Position numbers and translations under genes: made by a program. A stretch of 64,000 nucleotides of DNA from Longimicrobiales bacterium (GTDB taxonomy: Bacteria; Gemmatimonadota; Gemmatimonadetes; Longimicrobiales; Gaopeijiaceae), in contig OZ242008.1 of assembly GCA_965204735.1 (NCBI GenBank), positions 1,216,001 through 1,280,000 on the forward strand. The letters run 5' to 3'. A model generated the notes under the pieces. The model searched no databases and was not told where the DNA came from. It saw nothing but the letters and a program-made list of their open reading frames with translations. Of this stretch, positions 19,811-28,237 are shown one piece after another; the stretch's first letter is position 1; each line of letters begins with the position of its first letter.

Positions 19811-20966
19811 CGAAGGCTTCCAGCAGTCCGCGCCCCGGAGCCAAGCTCAGCAGGAACTCCTCCACGGGCACGCACCAGATGCCGTTGATTCGGAGGCGTT
19901 CGCGGCCGCGATGGAGGAGCGCGGCGTTCGCCTCGGGGTAGTCGTCCGTGAACGCCCGCAGGGGCCGCAGGTGCCGGGGGTCGACCTTGGCCCGGTTCTT
20001 GACCTCGATGGCATGGACGCCGTCGTCGTTGTAGACCACGAAGTCGACTTCGGCGCCCGCCTGGGTTCGCCAGTAGTGCAGGCTCGCGCCACGGTCCGAG
20101 TACGCGGCCCAAGCCCGCAGGTGCTGGGCCACCAATCCCTCGAGCGCTTGGCCGTCGATCTCCCCGGGGCGGTCCAATGGTCCCCTGGGACGCAACGACC
20201 GAAAGACTCCGGCGTCGAACAAGTAGAGCTTTCGGCGGGCAACCGTGGCGCGCTTGGCGCGCTTTCGGAAGACCGGCAACCGAAACGCCAGCAGCAGGTC
20301 CTCCAGTATCTCGATCCAGCGGGCGGCCGCCTTGCGCTCGACTTCGCACTCTCGGGCCATCGCCGACACGTTCAGCACGGCCCCGTGCGAGAAGCTCGCC
20401 GCTTCCAGGAATCGCGCGAAAGCGCCCACGTTGCGGGTCATGCCCTCGGCGCGGACTTCCTGTTCCAGGTACAAGCTTGCGTAGGCGTCCAACGTTGCCG
20501 CCGGGTCGGGGGCCGCCACCGCCAGCGGCAACAGCCCGATCCGCAACGCGGCCTCCAGCGAGAAGCTGGGAAGCTCGGCGGCCATGAACGGGTGCAGTGT
20601 GCGCAGGAGGGCCCGCCCACCCAGCAAGTCCGGCCCTCCCCGCCGCAACTTGCGCGCACTGGAGCCCGTGAGCACGAACCGGGGCGGGGAAGGTTCCTCC
20701 AGCAAGGCGTGGACCACGGTCAGGAGTTCCGGTATCCTCTGGACCTCGTCGACCACGACGGTGGCCGCGGCCGGAGACCCGGCCACCAGATCGCGAAGGC
20801 CCTCGGGACGAGCGGCCAACCTGCGGTGCAGGGCCGGATCCAAGAGGTCGAGATGGAGGGCGCGCGGGAGTTCGTGCCTCAACCAAGTGGACTTGCCGGT
20901 GCCGCGCGGTCCGAAGAGGAAGCAACTCTGCGTCGGAATACGGAAGAATCGTCTCGTGATGTCCAT
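19767..20966 (-). CDS. AAA_14 ATPase with DUF4143 and C-terminal PD-(D/E)XK-like domain
   Basis: GPRGTGKS Walker A, VDEVQ Walker B, LTGSS, KLYLFDAG and EVDFV...IEVK motifs. Confidence 0.9.
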   Translation of the reverse strand: MDITRRFFRIPTQSCFLFGPRGTGKSTWLRHELPRALHLDLLDPALHRRLAARPEGLRDLVAGSPAAATVVVDEVQRIPELLTVVHALLEEPSPPRFVLTGSSARKLRRGGPDLLGGRALLRTLHPFMAAELPSFSLEAALRIGLLPLAVAAPDPAATLDAYASLYLEQEVRAEGMTRNVGAFARFLEAASFSHGAVLNVSAMARECEVERKAAARWIEILEDLLLAFRLPVFRKRAKRATVARRKLYLFDAGVFRSLRPRGPLDRPGEIDGQALEGLVAQHLRAWAAYSDRGASLHYWRTQAGAEVDFVVYNDDGVHAIEVKNRAKVDPRHLRPLRAFTDDYPEANAALLHRGRERLRINGIWCVPVEEFLLSLAPGRGLLEAFAGSRARKRRRAMSR

Positions 20967-20987
20967 TTTCGGTCGAAAAATGGACAT
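20959..20987. promoter_or_regulatory. Near-perfect inverted repeat overlapping the ATPase start codon (candidate operator or hairpin)
   Basis: ATGTCCATTTTCG-GT-CGAAAAATGGACAT. Confidence 0.55.
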
Positions 20988-21071
20988 TCCGAGGGCAGGC
21001 GTCAACGGTGCGGCGAGGATGTGACGCTCCTTGGTTGTCGCTACCGTCTCAACATGGTTGTCGCTCGGCGC

Positions 21072-21899
<828 letters not shown>

Positions 21900-21971
21900 G
21901 GTGGAAGAGGATGGGCCGGCGACTGCCCAGTGGTCAAGCCGTCACAGGGCCGGGCGCGCTGGAGTTGCAGG

Positions 21972-22976
21972 TTACAGCAGCGACAGCAGCAAGTTGACGG
22001 TCAGCGAGCCGCCCACGTCGCGCACGAACTGGCCCCGTCCCGCGTTGGCGACCTGTTGCAGGAAGGACTCGGCCACGACGTCGGAAACCCCGGTCGTGTT
22101 GATGTAGACGGTAGACACACGGTGCCCGCTCCCCCGAGCGATCTGGGCAGCAGTGAGGATCGAAGAGCTTACCTCCTCGGGGTAGGCCGTGTTGTCGGTG
22201 ACGAGGACGATCACCCGCTGCTGTGCATGAGGGCGCCATTGCATGCGGGCGGCTTCGGCGAGGGCCATCAGAACGGCTTCCGGTCCATCGGAGTTCCTGC
22301 CCCGTCCCACTCCCATGCCAACCGCCAAGTTGTTCACGAAGCCGCGGAACGCGGAACGATTCAGCGTGGGGCCCGAGACCTCCCGCAAAGGGAAGACCGT
22401 CAGAGGCCGTTCCCAGTATCGGTCGCCGAACGCCACGAGCCCGAGGCCCAAGCTGGGCGAGAGGCGGTTCAGGAGGTCGCTCAGCTGGCCCACCTCCGTC
22501 TTCAGGGACGCCACCTGCCGGCCCATGCTGCTGGTCACGTCCAGGGCGATCACCAGGTCCAAGTGCGGGAACTGCGTGACCCTCTCGGCGGGGCGCGTTG
22601 CAGTCGGCCGCATTGGGACCACCGGGGGCGGCGCCGCGGTTGCGATTGACGGGCACTCGGGCTCGGGCGCAACCGACGGGCAGACCGGACACACGGGCGG
22701 ATCGTCCGCGTCTTCGGGCGCAGGGACGGCCGGGCATACGGGTGCCGGCACCGGCAGGCACACGGGGCAGGCGGCTGGTTCCGGCGGAGGCTCCATGGGC
22801 TCCGCGGGCGGGACGACGGCAACGACGGGCGGGGCAGGCGCGACCGGGGCGGGTTCGGCGTTGCGAACGTAGGGGAAGATCACGATCGCGATGAGGATGA
22901 ACGCGCCCATCGCCGATGCGAAGAGGTCGAGGGACGCCATCCCGAAGATGTCGATCTGCCGGTTGTGTCGTCTCAT
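21972..22976 (-). CDS. Membrane-anchored vWA domain protein with an ExbD/MotB-like TM Asp and a Pro/Cys-rich linker
   Basis: SLDLFASAMGAFILIAIV TM; CPVC/CP repeats; DVTSSM MIDAS-like and LVTDN motifs. Confidence 0.8.
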   Translation of the reverse strand: MRRHNRQIDIFGMASLDLFASAMGAFILIAIVIFPYVRNAEPAPVAPAPPVVAVVPPAEPMEPPPEPAACPVCLPVPAPVCPAVPAPEDADDPPVCPVCPSVAPEPECPSIATAAPPPVVPMRPTATRPAERVTQFPHLDLVIALDVTSSMGRQVASLKTEVGQLSDLLNRLSPSLGLGLVAFGDRYWERPLTVFPLREVSGPTLNRSAFRGFVNNLAVGMGVGRGRNSDGPEAVLMALAEAARMQWRPHAQQRVIVLVTDNTAYPEEVSSSILTAAQIARGSGHRVSTVYINTTGVSDVVAESFLQQVANAGRGQFVRDVGGSLTVNLLLSLL

Positions 22977-22994
22977 GGCCGAAAACGGTTGTCT

Positions 22995-24395
22995 CTACCG
23001 CCGACGGGTGTAGATCAGCAGCACACCGTTCTCGCCCCGGGTCCCGTACCGGATCCTGGCTTCGAGCCCCGGGATGAACTCCACGCTGGCCACGTCCCGG
23101 GCCGACATCGACTCCAGAAGCCCTTCTGGATCGCCGATCGACATGTCGTCCAGGAACACGGACACGGGCTCGCAAGGCGGTCCGAAAGCACCGGGGAACC
23201 GCCTTATCCTTCGGCGGGACTCGACGCACAACCCTACCCGGAAGCCCGACCTGTCACGCAACTCCCTAATCGTCAAGCTGGGAATGTTGGCCTGCCGGAG
23301 CACTGTGGCCATGGTCGTCACTCGATCCCGGATGGCGTCCATCTCGGTCTCCGTGAGGCCCAGGAAACGAGTGGTCATGTTTCGTCGCGGGTCGCGAGTT
23401 CGCGACGGCGTCGAAACCACAACTGGATCCAGGGGTATCGCTTCCACCGCGAGAGGGAGCCTTAGGCCAAAGGCGTTGCTCAGCAGGGACAGGGAGTCGG
23501 CCCGGAAGACGTATCCCATTTGCTTGGTTTCAATGACGTGGTCGCCTGGCGCCACCCCGACGAAGGCGAACTTGCCCTCCTCGTTGGTATGGGTCGCCTG
23601 CCCCGTGCCCGCAAGAGAGACGGCGGCGCCGACAATCGGTTGCTGCGTCGAATGGTCCAGCACCGTGCCCATGATCGCCACGGGGTCCGAAACCTCGACC
23701 GAGAGGTTCTGCATTCGGGGGCCCGGCCCGTCGATCCTTGCCGGTTCGCCGTCGTTCGACCCGAAGGTGGCCCGCACCAAGACGTCGCGCCCCGTCTCCA
23801 CGTTGCACAGACGGAACTCGCCGCCGATCCCGGACACCGTGGAGACCCTTCCCTGTCCGCCGGCGCTCTCGACGGGACCGACAAGAGCCTCTACCCGGGC
23901 GCCAGGCAACGGCCTCCCGGTGCGGGCGTTGGAGACCACACCGGCCACGTGAGCATCTCCGGCGCCCGGCTGCTCCCTGCACCACGCATCGAGCATCGAC
24001 TCCAGAGAAGGCACGGCCAGGGCCACTTCGGAAGTCGAGCCTGGACGGACGACCACCGGCTTGCCCGCCACCGAAATGCCGTAGTCGTCGAGGCGGGGGT
24101 GGTAGAACGAGACTTCGTACTCGCCGGGGGGCACGTCTTCGATGCGGAAGCGCCCGAATTCGTCGGTCTCTCCGGTGGCGTAGACGCCGATGATGCTCAC
24201 CTGCGCCTCCGCCAGCGGCGCGGCGACGGCGCTGTCGTACACCGTTCCGACTACAGCACCGGCCTGCCCCCCGGCCCGACCGGCCCAGGCGCCGACAAGG
24301 GCAACTCCAGATACGACGGCAACTCGCAACGCGAGCTCGCCCCTCTGCAACCGCCGGCCGTTGCCCGGCAACGCCCCCGCTGGCGTCGACCTCAC
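22995..24395 (-). CDS. Carboxypeptidase-regulatory-like repeats plus TonB plug-like domain protein
   Basis: Three GxVxDxxxxxPLxGAxV repeats; C-terminal VASVEFIPG...YGTRGENGVLLIYTR; GTGA overlap with the upstream gene. Confidence 0.75.
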   Translation of the reverse strand: MRSTPAGALPGNGRRLQRGELALRVAVVSGVALVGAWAGRAGGQAGAVVGTVYDSAVAAPLAEAQVSIIGVYATGETDEFGRFRIEDVPPGEYEVSFYHPRLDDYGISVAGKPVVVRPGSTSEVALAVPSLESMLDAWCREQPGAGDAHVAGVVSNARTGRPLPGARVEALVGPVESAGGQGRVSTVSGIGGEFRLCNVETGRDVLVRATFGSNDGEPARIDGPGPRMQNLSVEVSDPVAIMGTVLDHSTQQPIVGAAVSLAGTGQATHTNEEGKFAFVGVAPGDHVIETKQMGYVFRADSLSLLSNAFGLRLPLAVEAIPLDPVVVSTPSRTRDPRRNMTTRFLGLTETEMDAIRDRVTTMATVLRQANIPSLTIRELRDRSGFRVGLCVESRRRIRRFPGAFGPPCEPVSVFLDDMSIGDPEGLLESMSARDVASVEFIPGLEARIRYGTRGENGVLLIYTRRR

Positions 24396-25330
24396 TGGCT
24401 GCCGGCCCGGGGCGACGGGGGCCGGCCCTCGGGCGCCTTGCCGCCGGGTTCCGGGTGCTCGGACAACCGGCCCACGAAGTGTCGAAGACAGTACTGGCCG
24501 ATTTGGTTGAGAGCGCCTTCCTCCTTCTCCTGGGTCAGGTGCAGGGCCAACATCAGCACCGCGGCTTGCAGCAGCGCCAGCAACGTCGTGTAGAACGCGA
24601 CACCGAGATCGCCGGTCAGGGTCTGCATCATGTCGGGACCCATCGCCGTCGAAGCCAAGCTGGCACTGGCAAACAGCGTGCCTGCCGTCCGCAAGGCGAA
24701 TGCGATTCCCATGACCGTTCCTACGAAGCCGAGCGTGGGGATCAGCCAGACCAAGTAGCGCACGACGTTGTACCGCAACTCGATTTCGTGCTGGTACAGG
24801 TCCATGGACAGGTTGATCGTCGAGTTCACCTGGTCGATCGATCCGTTGGCCCGAAACTGCAGCAGTGCGCCGGACAACAAGCCCTGCAACATGTACCGTC
24901 GTCCTGGGTCGGAGTCGCCGACGCGTCGTTGCATGGCTTCCAGGTCCTCCGGCCGGAGGGCTGCATCGTCGTCTTCGGAAAGCAGCTTCAAGTCCATCTG
25001 AGCGCGTTCGCGACGGCCCGCCAAGTTGCGGACGAGCAGTTCGCCGCCGGCCGTGCAGAACACAAGCCACATGACGTTCTGGATCGTGAACGGATAGGGG
25101 AATATCCGGGTGTTCCGGTCCAGCAGCAGGTCGGCGGCGACGCTGTCGTGCCCTGCCGGAATGAGATACGAGAGGATGCCGACCAAGACGATGCCGGCGA
25201 GCGCCGAGCCGAACAGGACGACGACGCGGAAGGGGATGTGGTCCTCGCCGCCGGAGCCGGCGAGGGGGAGTGCCACGGGCCACCGGGACGCCGGCGGCTT
25301 CGGCGACCGGCTGGTCAAGGAGCCTGGCAC
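24392..25330 (-). CDS. MotA/TolQ/ExbB proton channel family protein
   Basis: WLIPTLGFVGTVMGI and LGVAFYTTLLAL motifs. Confidence 0.88.
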   Translation of the reverse strand: MPGSLTSRSPKPPASRWPVALPLAGSGGEDHIPFRVVVLFGSALAGIVLVGILSYLIPAGHDSVAADLLLDRNTRIFPYPFTIQNVMWLVFCTAGGELLVRNLAGRRERAQMDLKLLSEDDDAALRPEDLEAMQRRVGDSDPGRRYMLQGLLSGALLQFRANGSIDQVNSTINLSMDLYQHEIELRYNVVRYLVWLIPTLGFVGTVMGIAFALRTAGTLFASASLASTAMGPDMMQTLTGDLGVAFYTTLLALLQAAVLMLALHLTQEKEEGALNQIGQYCLRHFVGRLSEHPEPGGKAPEGRPPSPRAGSQ

Positions 25331-26784
25331 CTGGGCAGCCGCACTCCGTTTCTCTGGGGGTTGATCTCCGACTCGAAGCGTCGCAGGCCGCGGGGGATGC
25401 AGCCTGTGAGGAGGTTGTTGTGCAGTGTGAGTCGTCGCAGGCTCCCGAGGTTCTCGAACGTCTCCGGGATTTCGCCGGACAGCTGGTTTCCGTTCAAGGT
25501 CAGCAGCTCGAGATCGGACAGGTTCCCCAGGTCGGGCGGCAGCTCGCCAGTCAGCTGGTTGTTGTGAAGGCGCAGGCGCCTGAGCTTGGTCAGCCGCCCC
25601 AGCTCCGACGGAATCGCTCCCGACAATCGGTTGTTGTCGGCGTACAGGTCCTCCAGCTCGCGCAACGAACCGAACTCCTCCGGGATCGGGCCGGAGAGCT
25701 GATTGCCTTCGAGGTACAAGACAGTCAGCTTGCTCAGGGATCCGATCTCCGGCGGTATGGGACCCGACAGACGGTTGCCGAAGAAGCTCAGGTACGTCAG
25801 GTCGTCAAGGTTGGCCAGTCGTCGCGGCAGCGAACCGCCCAAGTTCTGCCGGCCCAGGTCCAGGCCGTCAACCTGCCCCTGGCGGCCGATCGCGACTCCG
25901 GTCCACGTCACCAAGTTGGCGTTGCGACGCCAGTTGAGCTGCCCCGTAGCGCCCACCAGAGCGCTGGCGGTCGCAAGCAGCACGTCGGGGTCGCTCTCCG
26001 CCGCTTCCGCCGCCGCTTGCGCTTCGGCTAGGCGTTGCGCTTCGGCCAGCCGCTGGGCCTCCGCCAGCATCTCGGCTTCCCGGCGCTCGGCTTCGGCGCG
26101 ACGCTCTTCTTCTGCCCGACGCCGGGCCTCGGTCAGTCGCGCGGCTTCTTCTCGTTCCGCCTGGGCGCGACGCTCCTCTTCGAGTCGCCGGGCTTCCTCT
26201 CGGGCCAGCCGCTCCTCTTCGAGCCGCTCGGCTTCCGCACGCTGCTCCGCCTCGAGCCGTTCCTGCTCGGCCAGCCGCTGGGCCTCCGCCAACCGTTGCG
26301 CTTCGGCCAGCCGCCGGGCCGCCAGCCGTTCCGCCTGCGCTGCGCGACGCTCCGCTTCTTCCAGGCGCTGGAATTCGGCTTGACGTTCGGCCTCGGCCAG
26401 CCGTTCCGCCTCGCTTTGCTCCGCTTGGGCGCGACGCTCCGCCTCGCGACCGGCCGCGAGGAGCGCCGACAAGCTTGCGCCGTCCAGGTACCCGGTCTCC
26501 TCGGCGCCCCGTTCGGCCTGCCACGCTCGCAACGCCGCACGCGCACCCGGCTCCATTTCGCCGTCCGGCTCGCGGCCGTAGTACCCTTCTTCGGCCAGCG
26601 CCCTTTCGACCAGCGCGATGGACTCGGCGTCCAGTTCCAGTTCCGCTTCCGCCGCAACGGCGCGCTCTTCGGGCGTGAGCGACCGGCTCCGCGAGACCCA
26701 CACCACGACCACGGCGCTGGTTGCGAGAACCAGAATCGCAAGACTGTAGAAGAGGTGCCGCCTGCTGATCCGGCGCAGGTCCAC
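25315..26784 (-). CDS. TM anchor, peptidoglycan-binding domain, long charged helix and C-terminal LRR protein
   Basis: LAEEGYY..PDG..G..AL.AWQ..G..TG.LD (PG_binding_1-like); ~170 aa A/E/R helix; 24 aa NxLSGxIPxExG LRRs. Confidence 0.82.
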   Translation of the reverse strand: MDLRRISRRHLFYSLAILVLATSAVVVVWVSRSRSLTPEERAVAAEAELELDAESIALVERALAEEGYYGREPDGEMEPGARAALRAWQAERGAEETGYLDGASLSALLAAGREAERRAQAEQSEAERLAEAERQAEFQRLEEAERRAAQAERLAARRLAEAQRLAEAQRLAEQERLEAEQRAEAERLEEERLAREEARRLEEERRAQAEREEAARLTEARRRAEEERRAEAERREAEMLAEAQRLAEAQRLAEAQAAAEAAESDPDVLLATASALVGATGQLNWRRNANLVTWTGVAIGRQGQVDGLDLGRQNLGGSLPRRLANLDDLTYLSFFGNRLSGPIPPEIGSLSKLTVLYLEGNQLSGPIPEEFGSLRELEDLYADNNRLSGAIPSELGRLTKLRRLRLHNNQLTGELPPDLGNLSDLELLTLNGNQLSGEIPETFENLGSLRRLTLHNNLLTGCIPRGLRRFESEINPQRNGVRLPRCQAP

Positions 26785-26786
26785 TC

Positions 26787-27875
26787 CTACCACGTCCACC
26801 TCAGTCCCGCGACGGTTCGACGACCTTCGCGCCCCATGAAGAGTTCGCTGGTCACGGCCCCGTCGGGGCCGTCGCCCAAAGGACCGACGGGGACGGCAAG
26901 CGCAGTGGTAGTAGCCCGGACCGCGGCTTCGATCTCGGACAGCTCCCTCGCGGCCAGGACCCACTGGGTGCCTCCCCACGCCCCGAGTCCGCCGCCGACG
27001 CCCATGATCCACCTTCTGGCCTTTTCTGAGCTAGCCCGTCGGTCCAGGGCGTCCTCGTACTCTTCGGGCGTCTCGAAGTCTTCTGCCGTCGGCTCTCCGA
27101 AGTAGGGGATCCACTCGATCGTCGCGTAGCTTGCTCCCATGAGGAAGAGGCCCCACCACACCTTGGCTCTGCCCGACGAACGCTTTTCCTGGGCTTGGAC
27201 GTACCGTTCGTCGATGGAAGGCGCGGAGGCTTGTCGAAGGTTCAACCCCAGCTTGCGCGTGTTCCGCCAACCGTAGCCCCACTGGAATGCGCCCCAGGCG
27301 CCGAGACCGGCACTCAGGCCAGTGACGACGGATCGGCCCGTTTCGGCAGCTTGGCGCTGGTCCACGGCGGACAGATAGTCTTCGTCGCTGTCGTAGTCCG
27401 CCGTGTCGGGAACCTGCAGGGGCGGAATGTACTCCAGCGCCGCGTAGGCGGCAGCCGCCAGCACGACGCCCCAAATGACCTTCTTCCGTCCCGACCGTCG
27501 GCGCCCCATCTCCCTCTCGTACTGACGCTCCAGGTCGGGTATGGACATCTCGGCGGCGGCCGCCCCTCCGGTCGTCTGGGCGATTCCTCCCGTGGGAACT
27601 CGCATTCCCACTATCTCCACTTCGCTGGCCAGGACGTACCCCACCAAGTTCTCCTGGCCCGTCTCTCCCGGAAGCGAGATCGCGTAGTAAGGGCCGGATT
27701 CGCCGACCCAGTCCACCAGCGTGCCGGCGGAGAGCGTAGTGATGACCGGGCTGGAGGCGTCGGGGTCGAGCCGCACGGAGACCTCGTCCGACACGGTGCG
27801 GACTTGCTGGGCGTGCAGCGTCGCCCCTCCCGACGCAAGCACCAGGAGGGAGACGGCGAAGGCTGATCGGATCAA
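26787..27875 (-). CDS. Secreted SH3b-like protein with two internal hydrophobic-hairpin repeats and a C-terminal aromatic beta signal
   Basis: Signal peptide; VRLDPDASSPVITTL...GYV SH3b pattern; duplicated SGRxKVxWG...GLGAWG; ends AGLRWTW. Confidence 0.65.
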   Translation of the reverse strand: MIRSAFAVSLLVLASGGATLHAQQVRTVSDEVSVRLDPDASSPVITTLSAGTLVDWVGESGPYYAISLPGETGQENLVGYVLASEVEIVGMRVPTGGIAQTTGGAAAAEMSIPDLERQYEREMGRRRSGRKKVIWGVVLAAAAYAALEYIPPLQVPDTADYDSDEDYLSAVDQRQAAETGRSVVTGLSAGLGAWGAFQWGYGWRNTRKLGLNLRQASAPSIDERYVQAQEKRSSGRAKVWWGLFLMGASYATIEWIPYFGEPTAEDFETPEEYEDALDRRASSEKARRWIMGVGGGLGAWGGTQWVLAARELSEIEAAVRATTTALAVPVGPLGDGPDGAVTSELFMGREGRRTVAGLRWTW

Positions 27876-27925
27876 TGGAGTTTCCTTTGGTTGATTGGGC
27901 CGCAAGCGCTGACGGTGGGCCACGT

Positions 27926-27977
27926 ATCGTAGCCCTGCGCCCGAGCAACAACTACGTCAGAATCGGGTCAGTTTATG
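27926..27977 (-). promoter_or_regulatory. Conserved promoter-like motif, copy A
   Basis: Minus strand reads CTGACC-N5-CTGACG-TAGTTG-N17-TACGAT upstream of the SH3 operon. Confidence 0.55.
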
Positions 27978-28237
27978 TCGATATCCGATCCGCACTTCTG
28001 ATGCCGGCCTTTCTGGCACTTCGACTGACCTGCACCTCCAGATTCGGCTCCAGAAGCGCTCGTGCCCTGTCCGGCTGTGCCGCGGCCCCCATCGATCTCT
28101 GCCGAGAAGGCGCGATGTCGCCAACACCAACGAAGCTGAGCACCGCCGAGTCCGGCGTGACGTTTCTGCCTACTCCCTCAACTCAACTCAACTGTGCCGG
28201 ACTGGCCCACGTACCATCCAGTCCGCCCCTACTACTA

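Noticed and set aside
21972..25330. Zorya (ZorAB) or flagellar MotAB
   Set aside because: The MotA-like protein lacks the long ZorA tail, the partner has vWA rather than an OmpA-like domain, and no zorC/D/E or flagellar genes are nearby
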